Assembly (NCBI GenBank): GCA_902632605.1
Contig: CACPDB010000001.1
Coordinates: 137,090-201,089 of the forward strand
From: an uncultured SAR86 cluster bacterium
GTDB lineage: Bacteria > Pseudomonadota > Gammaproteobacteria > Magnimaribacterales > AG-339-G14
DNA: 64,000 bases
Direction of reading: 5' to 3'
In this document: positions 51,556-61,500 of the stretch, piece by piece
Numbering within the stretch: position 1 is the stretch's first letter
Layout of the letters: each line of letters begins with the position of its first letter
Notes under the pieces: model-generated
What the model saw: the letters and a program-made list of their open reading frames with translations, nothing else
The model's database searches: none
What the model was told of the DNA's origin: nothing
Position numbers and translations under genes: made by a program

Positions 51556-53712
51556 ATGACAATTCGTATCCAAAGAGGCGATCTTCAAGTTAGTGAAGAA
51601 TTAGACAAATTAATAAGTGAAAAAGTTTGTGTAAACATTGATGTTGAGCCTGAGCAATTCTGGAATTCTTTCAATGAAGTTGTTAAAGAATTTACCCCCA
51701 GAAATAAAGCTTTGCTTGCAGAAAGAGAGGAACTACAAACCAAAATAGACAATTGGCATAAAGAAAATAAAGAGTTTGATAAAGAAACATATAAGTCCTT
51801 TTTAAAAGAAATTGGATATTGGGTTGATACCAATGAAGACTTTAAAATAGAAACAACCAATGTAGATGCCGAAATATCTACTATCGCAGGGGCACAACTT
51901 GTAGTGCCAGTCATGAATGCAAGATTTGCTTTAAATGCTGCTAATGCCAGATGGGGCAGTCTTTATGATGCTTTGTACGGTACGGATATGATCTCAGAAG
52001 ATGAGGGCGCTGAACGCGGGGGTGCTTATAATCCTGTTAGAGGAGATAAAGTCATTGAGTTCTCTAAAAACTTTATGAATGAGAACTTTCCCTTAAGCAA
52101 TGGTACTTATCAAGAAATTGCTGCATTTCAAATTAATGATGGTAATTTGGAAATAACGCTTAAAGATCAAACCAAAGTGACTTTGGCAGATAACGAAAAA
52201 TTTGTTGGCTACTCTGGAGATGTTGAAAATCCTACAGGCATTTTGATGAAAAACAACAATCTTCACGTTGAAGTCCAAATTGATCGTGATGACTCGGTCG
52301 GCAAAGATGACTTAGCTGGTATTAAAGACATCTTGGTTGAGTCAGCAGTAACCACCATTCAAGATTGCGAAGATTCAGTTGCTGCCGTTGATGGTGAAGA
52401 CAAAGCAACTGTTTACAGAAATTGGCTTGGTTTGATGCAAGGTAACCTGGAGGAAACTTTTGATAAAGGTGGAAAAGCCATGACCCGAAAGCTTAATCCT
52501 GATCGAGACTATTCAAATCCTGAAGGTGCAGAATTCACTTTGCCAGGCAGAAGTACAATGTTGGTTAGAAATGTTGGGCACTTAATGACTACTCCTGCCA
52601 TTTTGGATGCTGAAGGTAATGAGATTTTTGAAGGAATCATGGATGCTATGTTTACCATCACCATTGCCAAACATGATTTACTAAGCAATGGTGCTTTTAA
52701 AAATAGTCGTACTGGAAGCATTTATATTGTTAAACCCAAAATGCATGGTCCAAAAGAAGTGCAGTTAACATGCGATTTATTTGCGGCTGTGGAGAAAGCA
52801 GTAGGACTCGCACCATTAACAGCAAAGATTGGCATCATGGACGAGGAGCGTCGTACGACAGTCAATTTAAAAGAATGCATAAAGGTTGCTAAAGATCGAG
52901 TTATCTTTATTAACACCGGCTTTTTAGATCGAACTGGCGATGAGATTCATACTTCCATGGAAGCAGGCCCAATGATAAGAAAAGCGCAAATGAAACAAGA
53001 GCCTTGGATACTGGCTTACGAAGATTGGAATGTAGACAAGGGATTGCAAACTGGTTTTAAAGGTAAAGCGCAAATTGGAAAAGGGATGTGGGCTATGCCG
53101 GATGAAATGCTCAGTATGTATGAAAATAAAACCGTGCATCCAAAAGCAGGCGCCAATTGCGCTTGGGTGCCTTCGCCTACGGCTGCAACATTACATGCGC
53201 TGCATTATCATCAAATCAGCGTACCGAGTGTTCAGGAAGAGTTGCAAAAAAGAAAAGAAGCAAACATGGATGAAATTTTGGAAATTCCTCTTTTAAAAGA
53301 GGAGTTATCAGCTGAGGAAATCCAAGCTGAGCTAGATAACAATGCTCAAGGAATTTTGGGTTATGTAGTTCGTTGGATTGATCAAGGTGTGGGATGTTCC
53401 AAAGTTCCAGATATCAATAATGTTGGTTTAATGGAAGATCGTGCAACTTGTCGAATTTCTAGTCAACATATTGCAAATTGGTTGCATCATGGTTTGTGTG
53501 ATGAAACACAAGTTTTAGAGACCATGAAAAAAATGGCTGTCATAGTTGATGGACAAAATTCTGGTGATCCAGAATATGAAAACATGGCGCCTAATTATGA
53601 TGGGGATGCTTTTCAAGCTGCTTGCGACTTGGTTCTTAAAGGCCGCATACAACCTAGTGGTTATACTGAGCCAATTCTGCACGCACAACGATTGGTTAAA
53701 AAAGCCCACTAA
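51556..53712 (+). CDS. glcB: Malate synthase G
   Basis: [39 protein letters not shown]. Confidence 0.97.
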   Translation: MTIRIQRGDLQVSEELDKLISEKVCVNIDVEPEQFWNSFNEVVKEFTPRNKALLAEREELQTKIDNWHKENKEFDKETYKSFLKEIGYWVDTNEDFKIETTNVDAEISTIAGAQLVVPVMNARFALNAANARWGSLYDALYGTDMISEDEGAERGGAYNPVRGDKVIEFSKNFMNENFPLSNGTYQEIAAFQINDGNLEITLKDQTKVTLADNEKFVGYSGDVENPTGILMKNNNLHVEVQIDRDDSVGKDDLAGIKDILVESAVTTIQDCEDSVAAVDGEDKATVYRNWLGLMQGNLEETFDKGGKAMTRKLNPDRDYSNPEGAEFTLPGRSTMLVRNVGHLMTTPAILDAEGNEIFEGIMDAMFTITIAKHDLLSNGAFKNSRTGSIYIVKPKMHGPKEVQLTCDLFAAVEKAVGLAPLTAKIGIMDEERRTTVNLKECIKVAKDRVIFINTGFLDRTGDEIHTSMEAGPMIRKAQMKQEPWILAYEDWNVDKGLQTGFKGKAQIGKGMWAMPDEMLSMYENKTVHPKAGANCAWVPSPTAATLHALHYHQISVPSVQEELQKRKEANMDEILEIPLLKEELSAEEIQAELDNNAQGILGYVVRWIDQGVGCSKVPDINNVGLMEDRATCRISSQHIANWLHHGLCDETQVLETMKKMAVIVDGQNSGDPEYENMAPNYDGDAFQAACDLVLKGRIQPSGYTEPILHAQRLVKKAH

Positions 53713-53718
53713 AGCAAG

Positions 53719-54732
53719 ATGAGCAATCTTTCTCAAGCAGATTGGTTGGCTCAAATATCTGAAGAGATCATTGATCCAAAGCAAAGGATAATTGATCCAC
53801 ATCATCATCTTTGGCCTGGTGCCTCAAAAGAAACTCAATATCTGTTAAATGATCTTTGGGCTGATACCGGCTCGGGACATAACGTGACGAATACGGTTTT
53901 TATCGACTGCAGTCAGTGTTATTGGAATTTAGAAGATGCAGCGTTGAATCCAGTAGGGGAGACGGAATTTGTCAAAGAATTGGCAGATGCATCTAAAGCA
54001 GATCCAAATCAAGCAACCATTTCAGGAATCGTAGGACATGTTGACATGTTATTGGGCTTTGAAGCAGAACGAATTCTGGAAAAGCATTTGGAAGTTGGAC
54101 AGGAATTATTCAAAGGTATTCGGCATGCTGGTGGTTGGGATCCACATTCTAATGTTCGTAACTCACATCATGATGCTTGCGAAGGTTTGTATCTCTTGCC
54201 AAATTTTTTAGATGGATTGCAGACTCTATCCAAATTGGGCTATGTTTTCGAAGCTTGGCAGTATCACCATCAAATTCCGCAAATCACTGAGCTAGCTAAA
54301 AAATTTCCAGATCTCATTATCATCTTGAATCACTTTAGCGGTCCCTTAGGTATCGGTCCCTATGAAAACAAACACTCTGAAATTTTTCCCACATGGCAAA
54401 AAGATTTGAAAGAGCTAAGTCAACACGAAAATGTTTATGCCAAACTTGGCGGGTTAGCTATGCCAGTAAACGGTTTTGGCTTTCACACGCAGATAATACC
54501 ACCAACATCTGATGAGTTTGTAAGTAAACAAAAAGCTTATTATGAAACAGCGCTTGACTTTTTCACGCCCACAAGATGTATGTTTGAAAGCAATTTTCCA
54601 GTCGACAAAGCTTCCATTTCTTATTCAGTTCTATGGAATGCCTTTAAAAAAATAGCGAGAGACTATAGTTCTGCTGAAAAAGATCAGCTCTTTTATCAAA
54701 CGGCTGCAAAGGTTTATCGAATTACTGATTGA
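53719..54732 (+). CDS. Amidohydrolase family protein (lactonase-like)
   Basis: IIDPHHHLW, KGIRH, ILNH, MFESNFPVD. Confidence 0.85.
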   Translation: MSNLSQADWLAQISEEIIDPKQRIIDPHHHLWPGASKETQYLLNDLWADTGSGHNVTNTVFIDCSQCYWNLEDAALNPVGETEFVKELADASKADPNQATISGIVGHVDMLLGFEAERILEKHLEVGQELFKGIRHAGGWDPHSNVRNSHHDACEGLYLLPNFLDGLQTLSKLGYVFEAWQYHHQIPQITELAKKFPDLIIILNHFSGPLGIGPYENKHSEIFPTWQKDLKELSQHENVYAKLGGLAMPVNGFGFHTQIIPPTSDEFVSKQKAYYETALDFFTPTRCMFESNFPVDKASISYSVLWNAFKKIARDYSSAEKDQLFYQTAAKVYRITD

Positions 54733-55816
54733 AGCCTTGAATTTCGGCTGCTTCTTCGCGAATCAATTCCGGACCGCCTAAAAGCTGACGGTTTAGACCA
54801 ATTCTCTTGAACCAGTAATGCAGTCCTAAAAGATCGGTAAAGCCCATACCACCATGCACTTCGGTGGCTTTTTTGGAAACCATTTTTGCGACTTCAGAAA
54901 TATGCGATTTTGCTTGACAAGCTTGCAGACGAGCTTCATCTGGCTCGTGATCGAAAGAATGCGCTGCCTGCCACAGCATGGCATAACAAGGCTCCAAGTC
55001 TGAAGCCATTTCAGCACACATATGTTTCACTGCCTGAAATGAGCCAATTACTCGATTGAATTGTTTTCGTTCTTTAGCATAAGAAACTGCTTTTTCGATC
55101 ATAGTCTCAGAAGCACCTAAGCTATCTGCAGCAAAAATTATTCGTCCAGCATCTAAGACTTTTTTTGCAATCTCAGGATTGTTTTCTGAACCAGGTAAGA
55201 CTTCAGCAGCTACGTTTTTTAAATTTAATTCCAAATAGGATCTGGTTTTATCAACGGAGGTAAGCTTGGTGATTTCAAGACCTTTATCTTTTGGATCTAC
55301 CAAAAACAAAACACCTCCTTTATTGGATAGCAGAAAATAATCTGCTTCATCACCATCGATGACAAACAAAGCTTTTCCGTTTGCCTTACCACTTGCCAAA
55401 TCAATTCCTGCATCCTCTCTAGCTGCTACATACTCACTCAAACCTACTCCAAATTTAGTTTCATTGGACACGATTTGTGGCAAGTATTTAGCTTTTTGCT
55501 CATCAGAACCTGCTAGGTTAATTGCAATTGGTGCCATCACATAAGCACCCGCAAACGGAATAGGTCCTACTCCAGAACCCAAACCTTGTGCTACTGCAAC
55601 AGCGGATAATAGGCCTGCTCCCAAACCACCATGTTCTTCAGGAACTAAAAGAGCATTAATACCTAAATTAATAAGTCCACTATAGATTTCTTTTGCTAAT
55701 GCCTCATCTTCGCCGTTGGCAATTTTTCTGATTTCATCAACAGTTACATTGTCAGCTAAAAACTTTTTAACGTAATCTTGAAATTGTTCTTGTTCTTCTG
55801 ATAATCCAAAAAACAT
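54722..55816 (-). CDS. Acyl-CoA dehydrogenase, short subunit of a probable heteromeric pair
   Basis: RKQFNRVIGSFQAVKH, VHGGMGFT. Coupled to the upstream ACAD. Confidence 0.85.
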   Translation of the reverse strand: MFFGLSEEQEQFQDYVKKFLADNVTVDEIRKIANGEDEALAKEIYSGLINLGINALLVPEEHGGLGAGLLSAVAVAQGLGSGVGPIPFAGAYVMAPIAINLAGSDEQKAKYLPQIVSNETKFGVGLSEYVAAREDAGIDLASGKANGKALFVIDGDEADYFLLSNKGGVLFLVDPKDKGLEITKLTSVDKTRSYLELNLKNVAAEVLPGSENNPEIAKKVLDAGRIIFAADSLGASETMIEKAVSYAKERKQFNRVIGSFQAVKHMCAEMASDLEPCYAMLWQAAHSFDHEPDEARLQACQAKSHISEVAKMVSKKATEVHGGMGFTDLLGLHYWFKRIGLNRQLLGGPELIREEAAEIQGFNQ

Positions 55817-57063
55817 TACGAAGCCTCCGTGATCTTGGGTTCTTTAGGCATTCCCAAACCGCGTTCGGAAATGATATTTTTTTGAATTTGATTTGTTCCA
55901 CCACCAATAATCAGACCAAGGAAATACATATAAGTGAATTGGAAAGAACCGTCTTCTTTTAAATAAGGACTATCTTCGTATAAAGTACCAATTTCTCCGA
56001 GCACATCAATTGCGAGGCCTTCAAGTTCATGACGCAACTCAGTTCCGACTAATTTTTGAATCATGCCACCCAGTTTTACATTTTGTCCTGGATTAATTTT
56101 TGAGGAGAGCAACCTCAAGGAATGAGCTTGACTTGCCATGACTTTTCCTTGAACTTGCATCAAGCGATCACGATAAGAAGGAATGTCTATCAAGCGCCTA
56201 CCATCAATGGTTTGTTCTTTCATCATGTTGATTAAAGTATTTAGTCTATTCATGGTGGCATTAGGATCGGCCAAGGAACCACGTTCGTGACCTAAAACTG
56301 AATTGGCAACTGACCAACCTTCACCGCGTTTGGCTACGATATTTTCTTCCGGGACGGTGACGTCATCAAAGAAAACTTCATTGAAGCCAGCCTTCAGTGT
56401 CATATCCACTAAAGGTCTAATTTCAATACCAGGAGTATCCATCGGAATTAAAATGAAACTGATACCGGAATGCTTAGGCGCTTGCGGCTCGGTTCTTACT
56501 AGACAAAACATCATTTGCGAGTATTGTGCGGTACTGGTCCAAATTTTTTGACCGTTGATTACCCAATTCCCATCAATCAGTTCACCTTTGGTTTGTAGAC
56601 TTGCTAAGTCACTTCCGGCATTGGGTTCTGAATAACCCTGACACCAAATCATCTCACCATGCAAAGTAGGGCGGATGTATTTTTGTTTTTGTTCTTCGCT
56701 ACCCCATTCAAGTAAGGTTGGTACCAACATATCAATACCTTGACCACCCATTCCTCCCGGCACTTTAGCTTTGGAAAATTCAGTCGCAATGATTCTACTT
56801 TTGATAATGTCGGTTTCGCCACCATATCCACCATATTCTTTAGGAATTGCTCTAGCGATGTAGCCTTTTTCAATTAAAATTTGTTGCCACTCAGAACGAG
56901 TAACCTCTTTTTTTGATTTTTTAGTCGCTGAAGAACCGCTCAAAGCATCTGACATATTGTTGTCGTTGCTCTCGCTCTTGAAAGAGACACCTTGATATTC
57001 CTTACAAAAGGCTTGTACCTCCTTGTGAAAATCTTCGTATTCTGCACCATAGTTTAAATCCAT
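55816..57063 (-). CDS. Acyl-CoA dehydrogenase, catalytic subunit
   Basis: WCQGYSEPNAGSDLASL, NGQKIWTS, LGHERG, GGTNQIQKNII.ERGLG.P. Confidence 0.9.
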   Translation of the reverse strand: MDLNYGAEYEDFHKEVQAFCKEYQGVSFKSESNDNNMSDALSGSSATKKSKKEVTRSEWQQILIEKGYIARAIPKEYGGYGGETDIIKSRIIATEFSKAKVPGGMGGQGIDMLVPTLLEWGSEEQKQKYIRPTLHGEMIWCQGYSEPNAGSDLASLQTKGELIDGNWVINGQKIWTSTAQYSQMMFCLVRTEPQAPKHSGISFILIPMDTPGIEIRPLVDMTLKAGFNEVFFDDVTVPEENIVAKRGEGWSVANSVLGHERGSLADPNATMNRLNTLINMMKEQTIDGRRLIDIPSYRDRLMQVQGKVMASQAHSLRLLSSKINPGQNVKLGGMIQKLVGTELRHELEGLAIDVLGEIGTLYEDSPYLKEDGSFQFTYMYFLGLIIGGGTNQIQKNIISERGLGMPKEPKITEAS

Positions 57064-57189
57064 TTGTTTCTCCTTATTTTTGATGAATGGCGTTTAAATA
57101 TTCTAAGGCTAAAAAACACAAACGCCAACCAGAGAGTAGGGGAAAAGTATTGTTGGCGCTTGGAATGCAAACTGGCTAAAATCAAAAAA

Positions 57190-57870
57190 ATGACTCGTTT
57201 GTTTCTTATATTCATTACTTCTTTGTTGGTTGTTTTGATAGCGCGCTATGGAACTTACTCACCGCTGCCAGGTGAGGTTTTTGATGATTGCGAGTCTCCA
57301 GTTATTGAAAATAAACTCCTAGGTCTTTGGGAATTGAATCGTATTGATAATTATGAGGCTTTTCATGAGGGACTAGCTGAAAACTTAGGATTTTTAAGTT
57401 ATTTGGAAGTGTTTGCCTATCCATTCGTTTTGGAGCGCAGTCAACTTTACCGTATTGAGCAGTGTGGTTCCAAACTAGCGCTTTCAGTAAATTATTTGAG
57501 AACTTGGCTCGTCGCAACAGCAGAAATTGAAGAACCAAATATTCAAGTTGAAATGAAAGATTTTGCAACGGAACTGAAAGAAACTCTTGAAGAAACTTTT
57601 GAAGAAGTCCTAACGGATGTCAAGGATGCGCTTGCCATTGAAGCAAAACCAAAGATAAATAAAAATTTAGAATTTTTACGAAAGTCTAATAATTTAGATC
57701 TTGTTGCAGAATTGAATTTCTCAGAGGATGCAATCACTCTCTATGGCACCCTCAATGGCAAGAACTACAAAGAAAAAATTTATTATGATGCCGGTGAGCT
57801 GGTAAGGGAAATTGCTTTTGTTGATTCTACTTTGGGTTCGACTGACTTTATTTATCGACGTTATCCGTAA
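57190..57870 (+). CDS. Exported protein with FABP/calycin-like motifs
   Basis: Hydrophobic N-terminus from ATG 57190. GLWELNRIDNYEAF, IEQCGSKL, GELVREI, FIYRR. Confidence 0.6.
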   Translation: MTRLFLIFITSLLVVLIARYGTYSPLPGEVFDDCESPVIENKLLGLWELNRIDNYEAFHEGLAENLGFLSYLEVFAYPFVLERSQLYRIEQCGSKLALSVNYLRTWLVATAEIEEPNIQVEMKDFATELKETLEETFEEVLTDVKDALAIEAKPKINKNLEFLRKSNNLDLVAELNFSEDAITLYGTLNGKNYKEKIYYDAGELVREIAFVDSTLGSTDFIYRRYP

Positions 57871-58492
57871 TCTCCCAAGGGTGAGTTTCTTGTAGGATAC
57901 GTTCTATTACTTTATCCCTTTGCTCATTGGGTATATCGACTACAACAATATTTTTAGCTAATTTTTCAAAAGCTTCTTTTTCCGATAAATCGCCGTCGAC
58001 TATTTGTTGAATTGCACCCATTGCTGCCCATTGCACATAATGGCGCGAAAGACGAAAGTCCATTAGATCCTCAATATCGGTATTTTTAATTTGTTTGGCT
58101 TTTACAGCATTCAGAAAGGTATTTTCCATGTTTGGCTGAGTTATTTCTTTAAAGACTTGAACAACCATTTGGATATCGTCTAGTAACCAGTTAATTGAAG
58201 GGGAATTAGACAACAAATTCAAAGCTCTTAGTAAGGCCAAATAAATGATATACACATAATCTTTTTCGTTTATCACATTGAGTTTGAAGTCTATCAACAT
58301 GTCTTTTACGGTTTTGCTCAAAGCTTCAAATTGAATGTCTTCAATGCTATCAAAGTGGTTGTAAAAAGTTCCATAACCTACATCGGCTATTTTAATGAGT
58401 TTTTTGACACTCATTTTCGCTTTACCTTCAGAATTTAAGTAGGTAATTGCGGCATCAACTAACTTTGCTTTGGTTTTACTCATTTCTGACAC
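57848..58492 (-). CDS. TetR/AcrR family regulator
   Basis: N-terminal HTH ...IKIADVGYGTFYNHFDS. Confidence 0.88.
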   Translation of the reverse strand: MSEMSKTKAKLVDAAITYLNSEGKAKMSVKKLIKIADVGYGTFYNHFDSIEDIQFEALSKTVKDMLIDFKLNVINEKDYVYIIYLALLRALNLLSNSPSINWLLDDIQMVVQVFKEITQPNMENTFLNAVKAKQIKNTDIEDLMDFRLSRHYVQWAAMGAIQQIVDGDLSEKEAFEKLAKNIVVVDIPNEQRDKVIERILQETHPWEITDNVDK

Positions 58493-58543
58493 AGTGTACA
58501 GAAAATATGACAGACATCACAGATTTTGCTTAAATAGCTACAT

Positions 58544-61500
58544 ATGAAGATAAAAATTAAATTTTTATCTCATCAAAGTACCAAAAACATCTTTATAAAA
58601 CTTTTTGTCACCTTGGTGGGATTGTCTGCGGGACTCTTAGCCTATACCCAAGAGGAGATAGGTGTAGCTGCTGCAGTAAACACTACGACAACTGATAACT
58701 TTTACGATCCTTCGGGGATGTTCGCTGAACGTCGTCTGGTTGATGAGGGTTATAAGATCATCCAAAACCGAACCATTGAAACCGATGAGAAAGGTAAGGC
58801 GCAAATGATTCTTATCGATGGAACTGCATTTACCATAGGTCCAAATTCCAAAGTTATTTTGGATAAATTTGTTTACAACCCTGAAACCAACGATGGTTTT
58901 CTAGAAATGCAAGCAACTGGCCTTTTAAGATTAGTCGGAGGAAAGGTCACCAAGAAAAATGCTGCAACCATTAATACCAGCGTTGCCACAGTTGGTATTC
59001 GAGGCGGTATTGTTATTGTTGATTCCGATGCTGAAACAACCTCAGCTGCTTTTGTCTATGGCCAGGAAATGGAAGTCATTCCATTAAACAACCAAGACGG
59101 GAGAACTCTTTTAACCGAAGATGGTTTTGTTGTTGAAGTAAATGACCCCTATGACGATATTGATACTCCTGAACTTTTAACTGCTGAAGCTTTAGCTAGT
59201 TATTCGGCAAGTCTTGAAGGAAGTGAGGAAGAAGAAGAGGAATCAGAAAGCGAATCGGAAGACGAATCTGAAGAAGAGGAAGAAGAATCAGAAGAAGAGT
59301 CAGAAGAATCAGAAGAAGAGCCAGAAGAATCAGAAGAAGAATCAGAAGAAGAGTCAGAAGAGTCAGAAGAATCAGAAGAAGAGTCAGAAGAGTCAGAAGA
59401 AGAATCTACAGAAGAAGAATCTACAGAAGAAGAATCTACAGAAGAAGAATCTACAGAAGAAGAATCTGCAGAAGAACAAAGTGAAGATTCTGGAGATGGC
59501 GAGTCAAGCGATGGTGATTCTGAAAGCGAATCATCAGATGAACAAGCACCCGCTGAAGATTCAGGATCTGATGATAGCGCTCAAGAGGATACTCCAGATT
59601 CTGAAAAATCAGAAGATGGTCCTGCTTTAGAAAAGGAAGAAGGTGAAACCGAACAACCTAGAAGTTCAGACACAACTTCAAGCGATGAAAGCACTACGCC
59701 GATCGAAACTGAGGATGATAAACCTGCAGCTGATTCAGAAACACCTGATGTTGATAGACAAGAAGGTAGTGGTGAAGTTGATTTAAATAATGAGTTTAGT
59801 GAAGTATCGGAAAAAGAAGAGCCGGAAATTGTAATCGATGAAGACTCTCTTTTAACAGATTCAGGTATTTCAGATAATAGTTCCAATGTAGCTCCTGACC
59901 AACTGACTACTTCTGATGATATTGGAGGTGAATTGGGAGCTAGCGATTTATTTGAAGTTGAACAAGAAGAAGAGGAGCCGGCAGAAGAGACTGCCGATGA
60001 GGTTCAAGACACCACTTCAGAAACTGTGCAACAAGAAGCTATTGAAGAAAAAATGTCAGCTAACGTATCTGTCCGAGCGGATTCATTTATTGAAAGTTCT
60101 CCAAAAAATACTTTAGTAGCTACTACTGCAGTTGAAGGACAAGGCATGACTTATGCTTTGGAAGATGACTTTGGAGTGTTTAAGGTAAATCGCCGAGGAA
60201 AAATCAAAACCAAAGATTTCTTAGACTTTGAAACCAATGAAAAATATGATTTGGTGCTCTTGGTCACTAATAAGAGGGGTGAAACCATAAGAGTTCCTTT
60301 CACGATCAATATAGCCGATGTTTCTGAATTGTCTGCTACATCGTCGGTTAGAGCAACAAATTATCATGAAGGAACAACTTCTGTTAATACGATTGTTGCA
60401 GACATTAATCCTGTCTCAGATGAGACGCCAAGTTATGAAATCACTGGTGAAGGTAAAGAGTATTTCCGAATCAACAAAAATGGAAAAATTAAACTGGACA
60501 AAGCTTTTGATTCCACTGACCGTAAAGTATTCAATTTAGTGGTAAAAGTTACTGCTGGAACAGAAACCGTTGATGTACCTTTAAAAATTGACGTTCTAGA
60601 AAATATTGCACCTGATTTTACTACCGCCTGTCAAAGTTCTTGTTCTTTAGCTGAATCAGCAGCTACCGGAACAGTTGTGATAAATTCCTCCAGAACCGAT
60701 ACCGATATAGATGATCTGACTTATTCCTTGGAAAACAATTTCGGTAACAAATTTGCCATCAACCAAGACACCGGACAGGTAACTTTAAATAGCGCTTTGG
60801 ATTATGAGTCTACCAATTCATATACTCTAAATGTCATCGCTACCGATTCAAAAGGAATCACCAAGAACCGAAGTTCAACCTTTAATGTCACAGATGTAGC
60901 AGTGGGCTATAGCGGTACTTTGGCATCAGCCAGTAAGGCAGAAAACATCGCCACTGGCACAGTGATTTTGAATTCTTCTCTAAGCGGAAGTTTTAGCAAT
61001 CCAACTTATTCGCTATCAGGCGGTAATAATAAATTCGCTATAAATTCATCTACAGGACAGGTGACATTAGCTAATGCTTTAGATTATGAAACGGCAACTT
61101 CTCATAGCTTTACGGTTACCGCTCAAGCAGGAGGCGAAACACAAAGTCAGAACTTTACTTTAAACGTATCTGATATCAACTTGGGTTTCAGCGGGAGCCT
61201 TGCTTCTGCTAGTAAAGCCGAAAACGTTGCTACCGGAACAGTAATTTTAAATTCTACGGTATCAAATTTTTCCAATCCAACTTATTCGCTATCAGGCGGT
61301 AATAATAAATTCGCTATAAATTCATCTACAGGACAGGTGACATTAGCTAATGCTTTAGATTATGAAACGGCAACTTCTCATACTTTTACCGTGACTGCTG
61401 CAGCTGGAGGCGAAACACAAAGTCAGAACTTTACTTTAAACGTCGATAACATTACTTATACTGTTTCAGCTCCAGCTTCAACTACCAGCAGTTTTGTGAA

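Noticed and set aside
57064-57189. N-terminal extension of the 268-aa track ORF and a CGCCAAC/GTTGGCG inverted repeat
   Set aside because: This is the divergent promoter gap. The signal-like sequence begins at ATG 57190, and the 7-bp repeat is too weak to assign.
59222-59475. Possible CRISPR array
   Set aside because: Contiguous coding repeats with no unique spacers and no cas genes.
59214-59630. Lys/Gln-rich ORF and other short ORFs from 59.2 to 64 kb
   Set aside because: Alternative frames or antisense of the single long ORF starting at 58544.
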